DNA of 64,000 bases from an uncultured bacterium (GTDB lineage Bacteria; Patescibacteriota; Minisyncoccia; UBA6257; 2-01-FULL-56-20): positions 135,888 through 199,887 of the forward strand of contig OY970382.1 of the NCBI GenBank assembly GCA_963719425.1, given 5' to 3'. Shown here one piece after another: positions 18,001-25,879 of the stretch. The position numbers and the translations under genes were made by a program. Position 1 is the first letter of the stretch, and each line of letters opens with the position of its first letter. A model generated the notes under the pieces. The model worked only from the letters and a program-made list of their open reading frames with translations, searched no databases and was not told the origin of the DNA.

Positions 18001-18184
18001 GGATCGCTTGGTTTGGGAAAAACTTTACAGCTCACTTCAAGAGGATGATTTTAAAGACCACCAATATGGATTACAAAACTTAATCAACTCCATAAAGACC
18101 ATAAATCCTATTGGATACAATGAAATTATTGCCAATAAGATTATAAATCAAAAACTTTTGATATGTCATATTTTGACACATTAG
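15017..18184 (+). CDS. membrane-anchored P-loop NTPase (STAND/AAA-like) with C-terminal 38-aa helical tandem repeats
   Basis: Two N-terminal TM helices. Walker A ISGRPGEGKTM. Walker B KIILIDDAH. Eight or more repeats of FEKLAxxANKAxxxQLxQVAxFLxALKDKRGELIGRL. AT-rich composition. ORF track start 14990 is TTG. First ATG at 15017 used. Confidence 0.75.
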   Translation: MKRKNKRKLKESWKAIAGIAVIVGILEAVDVFAGINFNNFPQWVVAECVKKNYPLCGNTITVQAICLLASILLILGIIELISASLKQNRKYFELVDFEKPTGEVRREALEGILNSEKAKPSFVHVAPISEEVESSFKKLDKEGFLWISGRPGEGKTMLAYHVLYKFFKQGYKIYELKTDLINKDLVSDEKKLEQIVGELDILKGGKRKIILIDDAHKLEPKFEDGLMSEIRDEAEEKINGKFFGIDTNYLGTKELDQSSSIALNFDEFYKTTFFKKLYQSEDPLIKEVVENRCINLEGAIKQKEVDHEIKDPWHFNFIATKGEERITEALNDLGGGNEAKRRILRIAIFLFSVRNIITGEKEITEIDFIDKVLPTINNEYVYNPYQSDPLKIIIDLVQENRRLLIINDESSFQRNLLKAPHYRSSIAIVKRLTELCDENEVERMIDASKIFLKNDYKDSAYLGVYFSSIGKYQTYFLNENKNWVKGFLTNVIVEQLQVYPFFLNILREYHEEFFRKLITDEYFDTIAPEISSSSANKFSAIAAFLTALKDKRGELIGRLNFEKLAEVANKAGADQLSQVAEFLGALKDKRGELIGRLSFEKLAGAANKATVYQLKQVAAFLTALKDKRGELIGRLNFEKLAEVANKAGADQLSQVAEFLGALKDKRGELIGRLSFEKLAGAANKAGVDQLEQVANFLQTLGNERNKLVEKFDFEKLAGAANKATVYQLKQVAAFLTALEDKKGELIGRLDFEKLAEAANKAGVEQFAQLEAILNVLGNERNKLIEKFDFEKLAGAANKATVYQLKQVADLLGALKDKRKKLSQYFVTEVILRYSKLLGRDQIPSFCIIVANLDKQKKNQVIQNIDWASLLDLTPINHPDIIKHLSYILDYHNTKCNLLNQDANDKRIRDYLSINRNKIIYFSTCLFSPPDGYQSAAYVLDALYPHAIDISKTIVGNLEYKIISQFKISPLYYHSFSHLLDAIHRIHPPASNAILSDRLVWEKLYSSLQEDDFKDHQYGLQNLINSIKTINPIGYNEIIANKIINQKLLICHILTH
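16630..17480 (+). repeat. in-frame coding tandem repeat (114-bp unit; two successive 228-bp copies are nucleotide-identical)
   Basis: Stretches such as CTTTCCTTACGGCTTTGAAAGACAAGAGGGGCGAACTTATCGGCAGATTG... recur exactly at about 16643 and 16871. Protein-level 38-aa repeat. Confidence 0.8.
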
Positions 18185-18279
18185 AAAGTATTTTAAACGA
18201 GCACTAAAATGAGACACGCCATCGGAACGGACGTTATTAACTTATTGGAAAATGAGAATTTTTATTACATAATTCTCAT

Positions 18280-18474
18280 ATGAATGGATTAGAGCAATGG
18301 TTGATTTTGCTTATTGCAATCATCCTGATAGTACTTGCCCTCTCGGTTAAATTTCTCAGAAAGACCATGGGTTTGTTACTCGTTATCTTGGGTGGCCTTG
18401 CATGTTTGACGATAGTTGGTTTGATCATAGGTATCCCAATGATAATTATTGGTGGGATTTTCCTGTTTATTTGA
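18280..18474 (+). CDS. small two-TM membrane protein (hypothetical)
   Basis: 64 aa, almost entirely hydrophobic (LILLIAIILIVLAL / LLVILGGLACLTIVGLIIGIPMIIIGGIFLFI). Same strand, 95 nt downstream of the NTPase. Confidence 0.55.
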   Translation: MNGLEQWLILLIAIILIVLALSVKFLRKTMGLLLVILGGLACLTIVGLIIGIPMIIIGGIFLFI

Positions 18475-18500
18475 TTACGGATTGTGCCATAATTTTAACG

Positions 18501-19511
18501 ATGCAATACACTGTCCAAGCTACGACCACTATCTCCGTCGCAAGTAGTAATGGCGCAACGAGTTTATTAAATAGTCCGTTATCCGTTTCGCTTTTGGATG
18601 GTGCTATCGGATTAATACTGGCCGCATCAATTGCGGCATATGTCTCACTAAAGCAGATTGGATTTCAAAAAGTGAGAGATAATATTGAAAAGAGATATCT
18701 TGAAAACGGACTTGAAAAACTGATTAGCCACCTCAATTTTATTAGATTGGAATCAGAAGATACCTACGCTAGGGCCGTAAGTGTCGTACAGCATCTCAGA
18801 GATTTAAATAAAGAAGACTTTAAAAAATGGTTTCTCGCAATAAAACCGAAAGATTATAGGCATTCTTCTCCGGGGATGCCCGATTCGCTTATTACAACCG
18901 GAGCTTTCATAAAAGATAAATTGTTTCAGTATCTTGCTATTAAGATATCTTTAATCATCAATTCTTCCAGTGATTTCTTTACAACAGAATTTTTTAGATT
19001 GATCGAAAATGAATTTGAAAACGAACACGGGCTGTTCGAATTGAAAGCAAGGACAGAACCAAAGAAATGGAAAGAAATAATGGATAAAGTGAAGAATGAA
19101 CTCACCCGACACCACAACCAAAATGCCCCCGTTTATGAACTAGTACCGGTACTCGAATTGATTTTAATCAGGTTAAGAGAACTCAATCTCCACTCATATA
19201 AAAAATTTATTGAAAAAGCTCGAAGTGATGAAAAAATTTTAGGCTACTATAACGATATAAAAAATATTCTTCTGAAAGATATTACCAACTCCTATGCGAC
19301 GATCCTTGAGTATATTTCATTATTGGAACAAAAAAGAGGTGATCAGTTGCGGCCGTTTAAAGAACAGGATTTGGCAGGGCTCACTTCTGATGTAGAAAAA
19401 ATATCCTCTAATACTCCACTAACGGATAATGAGATTATAGCAATAGAGCAAAAGATAGACGAAGCAATAATTCAGCTACGATGGATAATGGGCGGGGTCA
19501 TCGTGGTATAG
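18501..19511 (+). CDS. hypothetical membrane-anchored protein, Lys/Glu-rich helical
   Basis: One predicted TM (GAIGLILAASIAAYVSL) followed by charged helical region. Alternative ATG at 18402 overlaps previous gene out of frame. AT-rich island gene. Confidence 0.5.
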   Translation: MQYTVQATTTISVASSNGATSLLNSPLSVSLLDGAIGLILAASIAAYVSLKQIGFQKVRDNIEKRYLENGLEKLISHLNFIRLESEDTYARAVSVVQHLRDLNKEDFKKWFLAIKPKDYRHSSPGMPDSLITTGAFIKDKLFQYLAIKISLIINSSSDFFTTEFFRLIENEFENEHGLFELKARTEPKKWKEIMDKVKNELTRHHNQNAPVYELVPVLELILIRLRELNLHSYKKFIEKARSDEKILGYYNDIKNILLKDITNSYATILEYISLLEQKRGDQLRPFKEQDLAGLTSDVEKISSNTPLTDNEIIAIEQKIDEAIIQLRWIMGGVIVV

Positions 19512-19627
19512 AAAAACTAGAATATAGAATTAATCGCATTATCCCTAAGATAGGTTTTGACGTTGTCTGTTACCCCGGGGAGAGAAACAAATATTCGGAT
19601 CAATTATCTCTAAACGAAGGTTTTTCA

Positions 19628-19658
19628 GGGCTTACTGTCCGCCCTACATGACAGAATG
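19628..19658. repeat. 31-nt repeat, copy 1 of 2 (GGGCTTACTGTCCGCCCTACATGACAGAATG)
   Basis: 27/31 identity to 20471-20501. Brackets the pnuC-like gene. Confidence 0.6.
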
Positions 19659-19674
19659 AACATACTATTGCGCT

Positions 19675-19705
19675 GGCCATCTGGTACGAAGTTGGAACCG
19701 CCTTA
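19675..19705. repeat. 31-nt repeat, copy 1 of 2 (GGCCATCTGGTACGAAGTTGGAACCGCCTTA)
   Basis: 29/31 identity to 58106-58136. Both copies abut AT-rich islands. Confidence 0.6.
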
Positions 19706-19740
19706 ATGAAAGCAGAAGGCGCATTTACACGCGCTTGAGT

Positions 19741-19780
19741 AAGAAAAAAGAAAACCGCACATATTACTGCGTCGTGCGGT
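19741..19780 (-). terminator. rho-independent terminator of pnuC-like gene
   Basis: Hairpin ACCGCAC...GTGCGGT overlapping stop codon. T-run on minus strand (A-run 19741-19754 on plus). Confidence 0.7.
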
Positions 19781-20351
19781 TTCTGCGCTCCATAATGAAC
19801 GCATCAACAATGAATCCGAGCGAAATTGCTTGTTGGAGAGCTAGCCATGGATAGTGTTCTCTCCACATGAGCCATCCACATGAAAGGTTCATGATCATGA
19901 ACCAAAGATACCCGACTGGATGTTTCTTTTCGTCTTTGACGGCGAGTAGATAGGTTCCAATGAGGTACCCGGCGGTCAGCCCCAGTTCGAGGAACTGGTT
20001 CAATGTTGTTAACCCTCCAAAATCGTACAGGCTGTAGGCAGTGCCTATGGCCACGCACGCGAGCGCGAGATAATTGAGCCATTTCGGCGACTTGCGGACG
20101 CTACTTTTGAGCGCAATCGTGAGCCCCAAGACCATCGAGGGCAATCCTCCGAGTTCGAGCGAGGCCGCTATCCAGTTGTGCTCGAAAATGAAGATAAATG
20201 CCCACGCCGGAAGCCCAAGGATATATACAATCCACGACCAGATGCGCCACAACCTTTTTGCCTCGCTGTTTTTCCCTCTTTCTGTGAAAGAGAAAAAAAC
20301 CTTATTGAGGAGATAGAATATACCTCCCCACAATTGCAGAAATGCACGCAC
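19764..20351 (-). CDS. PnuC-like nicotinamide riboside transporter family membrane protein
   Basis: 195 aa, about 7 TM, Trp-rich pattern resembling PnuC. GTG start preceded by GGAGGGGG SD. Confidence 0.5.
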   Translation of the reverse strand: MRAFLQLWGGIFYLLNKVFFSFTERGKNSEAKRLWRIWSWIVYILGLPAWAFIFIFEHNWIAASLELGGLPSMVLGLTIALKSSVRKSPKWLNYLALACVAIGTAYSLYDFGGLTTLNQFLELGLTAGYLIGTYLLAVKDEKKHPVGYLWFMIMNLSCGWLMWREHYPWLALQQAISLGFIVDAFIMERRNRTTQ

Positions 20352-20392
20352 GGCTGCTCACCCCCTCCATCTTCGTATTGTCGATAACTGTC

Positions 20393-20429
20393 TGAAAACA
20401 TAATAGCACATTTCTGTGCTATTAGTCAA
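20393..20429 (-). promoter_or_regulatory. sigma70-like promoter of pnuC-like gene with palindromic operator in spacer
   Basis: Minus strand TTGACT-18 nt-TATTAT. Spacer contains perfect palindrome AATAGCACA-GAAA-TGTGCTATT (plus coordinates 20402-20423). Confidence 0.5.
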
Positions 20430-20457
20430 GGTGCTGGCGGACCTGGATTCGAACCAG
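20430..20457 (-). other. tRNA-like 3' fragment (T-arm plus acceptor 3' strand), not a complete tRNA
   Basis: Minus-strand CTGGTTCGAATCCAGGTCCGCCAGCACC resembles tRNA/tmRNA T-arm and 3' end. No matching 5' half or cloverleaf found. Confidence 0.5.
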
Positions 20458-20470
20458 TCTTAAATCTAAT

Positions 20471-20501
20471 GGGCTTACTATCCTCCCCACATGACAGAAG
20501 G
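20471..20501. repeat. 31-nt repeat, copy 2 (GGGCTTACTATCCTCCCCACATGACAGAAGG)
   Basis: Imperfect direct repeat of 19628-19658. Confidence 0.6.
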
Positions 20502-20545
20502 GGTCTTATAGATTGCTACCCTGCGCTATAATAGTAAGAATATCA

Positions 20546-20719
20546 ATGATTAAAAAAATCAAAGGGAAATACATGGTACTTTCGGAGAAAACGGGCCGTT
20601 CATTCGGAAGCTATGCCACGAAAGCCGAGGCAGCGCACCGCCTCCGCCAGATTGAATTTTTTAAACACATGAAAAGTGGTAGCGGACCTTCTGATGGAAG
20701 AAAGCGAAAGCGCCCTTGA
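20546..20719 (+). CDS. hypothetical small protein
   Basis: 57 aa from ATG 20546 (MIKKIKGKYMVLSEKTGRSFGSYATKAEAAHRLRQIEFFKH...). Overlaps next gene by 26 nt. Confidence 0.35.
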   Translation: MIKKIKGKYMVLSEKTGRSFGSYATKAEAAHRLRQIEFFKHMKSGSGPSDGRKRKRP

Positions 20720-21137
20720 TCAGATCATGTTGAAATTAGAACAGGACGAATTTGAGAAACTTATACAGGAGGGGATATGCGCGATTCCGGAAAAGTTCCT
20801 GCGGAAACTGGCCAACGTGTCGATTGTGATCGGCGACGAGCCGACGCCGGCCCAGCGAAAGAAACTGGATCTCCCTCCGGGATCGACGCTCCTTGGCCTG
20901 TACGAAGGAGTGCCGCAGGTATCGCGGGGAGCGAACTATTCCGCTGTGCCTCCCGACAAGATCACCATCTTTCAGAGGCCGATCGAAGCCGGGGCCGCCG
21001 ATCGGGAAGATATGAAGAAGATTGTGAGAGATGTGGTGTGGCATGAAATTGCTCACCATTTTGGCATGGACGAATCCCGCGTGCGCCGAGCGGAAGCCAA
21101 CAGGCGGAAGCTTCGTCGGTCTAGAATCAATTCTTAG
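20694..21137 (+). CDS. zincin-like minimal metallopeptidase family protein
   Basis: C-terminal HEIAHHFG motif (HExxH). Start re-chosen at ATG 20694. ORF track begins at GTG 20676. Confidence 0.55.
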   Translation: MEESESALDQIMLKLEQDEFEKLIQEGICAIPEKFLRKLANVSIVIGDEPTPAQRKKLDLPPGSTLLGLYEGVPQVSRGANYSAVPPDKITIFQRPIEAGAADREDMKKIVRDVVWHEIAHHFGMDESRVRRAEANRRKLRRSRINS

Positions 21138-21188
21138 AAAGCCATTACCACATTCAAAGATTAACCAGTTTCTCTTGGCCGATAAAGA

Positions 21189-22224
21189 TCATCTTAGGCG
21201 GTAATGTTTGAATTTTTTTATCAATTCGAGCAGCTCTTGTTCACCTTTTCTTAAAGTCAAATGAACAAGAGTTGGCTGGTTCGGCAAAACATATTCCATA
21301 AACCCTTGTTCCTTTTTTCCATTGACCCAAACTGTGAGCGGCCCTTCCCAATAATTGACTACGCCGAAATTCACCTCGCATTCTTTAATGATCGGCCGGG
21401 TTTTAATTATGTAATTTTTCAATTTAATTTCCCATTCCAGCTCGTAGGCGAGGCCGCTCACCGGACTTTTCCAGATCTTTCCCGCCGGTGTGAAGCTTAC
21501 CTCACAATTTTCTTGTTTGTTGTCCGGGTGGAGCAGGTAGGCTTTTCTTTTCCCTTGGTAATTGATACAGACCAGTTCGGTATTATCCGACATCTGGATA
21601 GAAAACCAAACCCAAGCGTCGTCGTCGGCCGCGGTCAGATTGAACCATTGCCTATCGTGCCAAACTTTCCCCTTGACCCGATCTTTGCCGACATACCCCG
21701 TAGTTTCTAGATTGGTATAAGAATAATAGTAGGTTTTTTTTCTTGCCGTAATCCACAAAACCAGCCCTGCCTTCAAGTAGGGGCTTTTTTGTCTGTCTGC
21801 AGAATAGGTCTACAAATCGGTTTTTTATTCGCAAAATTTTTCCCCACCTGGCGATTTCGTAATCCGCAAAATTTTTCCGAAAAGGAGAGTGATAGTTTAT
21901 GAAAAGGTCCTTTTTCTGAAAACTGTCCCGGGAAGGAACAACTATCGGGAGTATTTCCGCATGGACTTTCTTATTTTTTAGGTCAAAGAGGATAGCGTGC
22001 GAAAAAAACAATTCTTTGATCGGCAGTTTTAAAAACGGGATCTTGACTTTTTTGCCCTTCACTCTGAAAAGGCAGTTCATGAACGCGTACCGGCGTTCGC
22101 CTTTTAAAAATCCGTTGAAGTACCACCACTCGCCGTCGTAGCTTCTGTGAATCGATTCGTCTTTTGGAAGCGTAATTCTCGGTTTCATGATCGGGAACGC
22201 TTTATAAAAAGTTGTGGGTCGCAC
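21189..22224 (-). pseudogene. AttH/CrtC-like lipocalin-domain gene, frameshifted at A8 homopolymer
   Basis: ORFs 21652..22224 (LPKDESIHRSYDGEWWYFNGFL motif) and 21189..21776 overlap in different frames across an 8-nt A run (plus-strand T-run 21734-21741). Confidence 0.6.
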
Positions 22225-22366
22225 TGAAAAAATATTCTTGTGGAGGCGGAAGGAACCTCACTGCTCGGCCGATAAGATCGGCCTGCGCTTTGGCACCCTC
22301 GGTGCCGAACTGTCGCGTCAGAACGCGACCCTCCTACACGGCTCTTATGTTGAGCACGTTCCGTTT

Positions 22367-22762
22367 TTATTCCACTTTCTCTCCAAACGCCTCGTCCTCG
22401 GCGTCCATCTCCGCGTCGTGCTTCGTCTTATGGATCCTGCCGTCTATGTGGTTCGGAGGGGAGTAGATGGTGAAGATTTTAAGCGATTCGCTCCCGGTGT
22501 TCACAAAATTATGCTTGACGCCCGGAGTTACAACAACCACGTCTCCCGTCCGGTATGGTTGCTCTTTTCCGTCAAGCACCGCCTTTCCCTCGCCGTGCAG
22601 GAGAAAAAGAGTTTGCTCAACGTGCGCATGGGTTTCCTCGCCGATGTCCTCTCCCGGCTTGATGTCCATCACGACAAGTTGGCACTTTTGTCCCGTGAAA
22701 AGCACCTTCCGGAAATACGCGTTCTTCTGCGTTTCCTCAATGTAATTGTCCGAATATGGCAT
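22367..22762 (-). CDS. cupin-domain protein
   Basis: 131 aa. HAHVEQTLFLLHGEG...VVVTPGVKHNFVNTG matches cupin two-motif pattern. Confidence 0.6.
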   Translation of the reverse strand: MPYSDNYIEETQKNAYFRKVLFTGQKCQLVVMDIKPGEDIGEETHAHVEQTLFLLHGEGKAVLDGKEQPYRTGDVVVVTPGVKHNFVNTGSESLKIFTIYSPPNHIDGRIHKTKHDAEMDAEDEAFGEKVE

Positions 22763-22861
22763 GGTATTGGTTATAGTTCATCAACCGACCTTTCTCCGCT
22801 TCATCTGTCTTTAATAGTTTAGCGCATCGGGCCTGATTTTTCATTTGTTACAATAGAGTCA

Positions 22862-25363
22862 ATGATCACCGAAGCGCCGGATCCGGAAGCGCTCGCGAAA
22901 AAGACACCGGAGGAGCTGTACCGCGCCCTTGGAACTTCTGCGAAAGGGCTTACGCAAATAGAGGCGGCGCGGCGGCTTGCGCAGTACGGACCCAACGAAT
23001 TTGCGGGGAGGAAAAAGCTCCGGCCGCTTTTCATTTTTTTCTCAAAGTTCAGGAGTCCGCTTCTCCTTTTGCTTATCGCCGCAGCGCTCGTCTCCGGCGC
23101 GCTCGGCTCGCGGTTTGAGGCAGGCGTGATCCTCGTAATCGTGCTTGTGAGCGCACTCATTGATTTCATAAATACCTACAAGTCGGCGAAGGCGGCCGAA
23201 GAACTGCAGCAGCGGGTAAGCATCACCGCCGCAATTCTCCGCGGGGGCGAGCTCAAGGAGCGGAATATCCGCGACATCGTGCCTGGCGACGTGTTTGCGC
23301 TTGAGGCGGGCGACCTCGTGCCGGCGGACGGAATCCTTCTTGAAGCGAAAGACCTCTTTTTGAACGAGAGTGTGCTGACGGGGGAGTCGCTTCCTGTGGA
23401 AAAAGAACCTGCCGCGGCGCCCGAAGCGCGGATACTATTCTTAGGCACGAGCGTGGTTTCGGGCAAGGGCCTCGCGGTCGCCGCAGTCACGGGGACGAGA
23501 ACGAGAATGGGCGGCATTGCGGACAAGCTCAAGCGTCCCGAGACGCCTACGGAATTTGAAAAGAACCTGAAGGATTTCAGTTTATTCATTTTCCGCATGA
23601 CGCTTTTCCTCGTGCTCGCCGTGATCCTTTTGAACATTTTTATCATTAAGCACGATCCGCTGCAGATATTTTTGTTCGCCGTCGCGATCGCGGTGGGCCT
23701 TACGCCGGAGCTTCTGCCTCTCATCGTCACGAGCAATCTCGCGAAAGGCGCGCTCCGGATGGAGAAAGGCGGCGTGATCGTAAAGAAGCTCGCTGCGCTC
23801 CACAACTTCGGGAGCATTGACGTGCTTTGCACGGACAAGACCGGCACGCTCACTGAGGACCGCATCACGCTTATCAAGTGCATTGACGCTGCGGGGAACG
23901 AAAGCGAGGAGGTGTTGTTCTTCGGGTATTTAAGCAGCAGGAATCTTACCGGCGTCCGCGGCGTGCTGGACCACGCGATTGAGGCGTACCGGAAAGTAGA
24001 TATCGCGGGTTGGGAAAAGGTGGATGAGGTGCCGTTTGACGCCGAGCGGCGGTTGGAATCGGTCGTGGTTGCAAAAGGGAATGAAACGGTCCTCGTTGCG
24101 AAGGGCGCGCCGGAAAACATTTTGAAAAATACTGAGGGGCTCACCGAAACGGACCGTGAAAAGATCATCCATGAGTATGAGGCACTCTCAAGCGACGGTT
24201 TCCGCGTGCTCGGCGTGGGAGTAAAGAACGTTCCGCGGCGGGGGACTTCCTATACCAAAGACGACGAGCGGGGGCTCGCGTTCAAAGGATTCCTTGCTTT
24301 CCTTGATCCGCCAAAACACACCGTGAAGGACGTTCTCAAAAAGATGGCCGACCATAACGTGGCGATAAAGATCATTACGGGGGATAACTTCTTGGTGACG
24401 AAGAAAATTGCCGAGGAGATCGGGCTTCCCATTACGGGGGCGCTCGCAGGGGATGAGCTTGCGCAGCTGGACGAGCATCAGCTGAAGGCGAGGGTGGAGT
24501 CGGCAAACGTATTCACGCGCGTGACGCCGGAACAGAAGGAGACGATCATCACCGCGCTCCGCGGGAACGGCCATGTGGTTGCCTACATGGGCGACGGCGT
24601 GAATGACGTGCTTTCCCTGCGGGCTGCGGACGTGGGCATTTCCGTCCAGAACGCGGTGGACATCGCGAAAGAAACCGCGGACATCATCCTTATGAGAAAG
24701 GGCCTCCGTGAAATTATTGAGGGCGTGGTGGAAGGGCGCCGGACCTTCGCGAATACTTTTAAATACTTAATGATGGCGCTCTCTTCCAACTTCGGCAACA
24801 TGTTCAGCATGCCTATCGCGTCGGTGTTCCTGCCGTTTCTGCCTATGACCGCGCCGCAGATATTGTTGAACAACCTGCTCTACGATTCTTCCCAGCTCGC
24901 GATCCCTTTTGACAATGTGGAAAAGGAATTCCTTGCGCGCCCGAAGAAGTTTGATATCGGTTTTATGAAAAAATTCATGATTATCTTCGGGCCGTTGAGT
25001 TCCTGTTTTGACTTCGTAACATTCGGCGTGCTTTTCTTTGTACTCCGTGCGGCGGGCGGCGCGTTCCAGACGGGATGGTTTCTGGAGTCCATTGCCACAC
25101 AGACGTTCGTCGTCGGCATCATACGGAACCGCGGCCGTTTTTGGAAAACGCCGCCGAGTTGGGAATTGGCCGCAAGCACCGTTGCCGCGGTCGTCGTCGC
25201 CTGGATCATCCCGTATTCGCTCCTTGGCCCCGCGTTCGGATTCGTACGGTTCGGCTGGCTGCCGCTTGCGCTCATCGCGTGCATCGTCGCGGCGTATCTT
25301 GCGGCTGTTGAGATCGCAAAAAAATATTTCTACCGGAAGTACGGGAATTTAATAGAGAAATAA
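22862..25363 (+). CDS. mgtA: Mg2+-importing P-type ATPase
   Basis: 833 aa. DKTGTLT phosphorylation site, TGDN, MGDGVNDV hinge, 10 TM. N-terminal LTQIEAARRLAQYGPNE typical of MgtA. Confidence 0.85.
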   Translation: MITEAPDPEALAKKTPEELYRALGTSAKGLTQIEAARRLAQYGPNEFAGRKKLRPLFIFFSKFRSPLLLLLIAAALVSGALGSRFEAGVILVIVLVSALIDFINTYKSAKAAEELQQRVSITAAILRGGELKERNIRDIVPGDVFALEAGDLVPADGILLEAKDLFLNESVLTGESLPVEKEPAAAPEARILFLGTSVVSGKGLAVAAVTGTRTRMGGIADKLKRPETPTEFEKNLKDFSLFIFRMTLFLVLAVILLNIFIIKHDPLQIFLFAVAIAVGLTPELLPLIVTSNLAKGALRMEKGGVIVKKLAALHNFGSIDVLCTDKTGTLTEDRITLIKCIDAAGNESEEVLFFGYLSSRNLTGVRGVLDHAIEAYRKVDIAGWEKVDEVPFDAERRLESVVVAKGNETVLVAKGAPENILKNTEGLTETDREKIIHEYEALSSDGFRVLGVGVKNVPRRGTSYTKDDERGLAFKGFLAFLDPPKHTVKDVLKKMADHNVAIKIITGDNFLVTKKIAEEIGLPITGALAGDELAQLDEHQLKARVESANVFTRVTPEQKETIITALRGNGHVVAYMGDGVNDVLSLRAADVGISVQNAVDIAKETADIILMRKGLREIIEGVVEGRRTFANTFKYLMMALSSNFGNMFSMPIASVFLPFLPMTAPQILLNNLLYDSSQLAIPFDNVEKEFLARPKKFDIGFMKKFMIIFGPLSSCFDFVTFGVLFFVLRAAGGAFQTGWFLESIATQTFVVGIIRNRGRFWKTPPSWELAASTVAAVVVAWIIPYSLLGPAFGFVRFGWLPLALIACIVAAYLAAVEIAKKYFYRKYGNLIEK

Positions 25364-25379
25364 GCAGGAAACGACCGAG

Positions 25380-25859
25380 CTAGCTGATATCTTTCTCGTG
25401 CTGCCGTTCCAGCCGCTCGGAGATGTCCATCTTGCGGAGGAAGTAGAGGACGAGGGTGATGAGAATGGTGGCGACAATGGCGAAATAGAATATGCCGAGG
25501 CCCGCGAGGATGCCGATGGCTGCGGTCATCCAGACAAGTGCGGCGGTCGTGAGGCCCCGAGGATGATCCCCCATTTTTATGATGAGCCCAGCGCCCAGAA
25601 ATCCGATGCCGACGCCGATGTTCGCGATGATGCCGAAGCTGTTCGTTTGTGCCAGGAGATCGGGCACACCGCCGGACATCTCGCCTGCGATGTAGGGGAG
25701 CAAAAGTCCGATCATCGCGAACATGGAAGCGCCGCCTGCGACGATCATCTCTGTCCGCACGCCAGCCTCTTTACCGACGAGTTCGCGTTCCACGCCCAAG
25801 ATCGTGCCGAGGACGAGCGCGACCACTAACCGCACGAGCATTTGTTCAAACGTCAACAT
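25380..25859 (-). CDS. mgtC: MgtC/SapB family membrane protein
   Basis: LGTILGVEREL...motif. Start re-chosen at internal ATG (MLTFEQ). ORF track extends to 26057. Confidence 0.7.
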   Translation of the reverse strand: MLTFEQMLVRLVVALVLGTILGVERELVGKEAGVRTEMIVAGGASMFAMIGLLLPYIAGEMSGGVPDLLAQTNSFGIIANIGVGIGFLGAGLIIKMGDHPRGLTTAALVWMTAAIGILAGLGIFYFAIVATILITLVLYFLRKMDISERLERQHEKDIS

Positions 25860-25879
25860 TATATTAATATTAGCATATT

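Noticed and set aside
18402-18500. Alternative ATG start at 18402 for the 337-aa island protein
   Set aside because: Would overlap the preceding 64-aa membrane-protein gene out of frame for 73 nt. ATG 18501 preferred, but this is unresolved.
20430-20520. Complete tRNA or tmRNA gene on the minus strand
   Set aside because: Only a T-arm/3'-end-like 28-nt segment is present. No acceptor-stem partner, D-arm or anticodon arm could be folded. No tag-peptide reading frame ending in Ala-Ala for a tmRNA.
23176-24168. 330-aa minus-strand ORF antisense to mgtA
   Set aside because: Ser/Arg/Thr-rich low complexity. mgtA on the plus strand has unambiguous P-type ATPase motifs.
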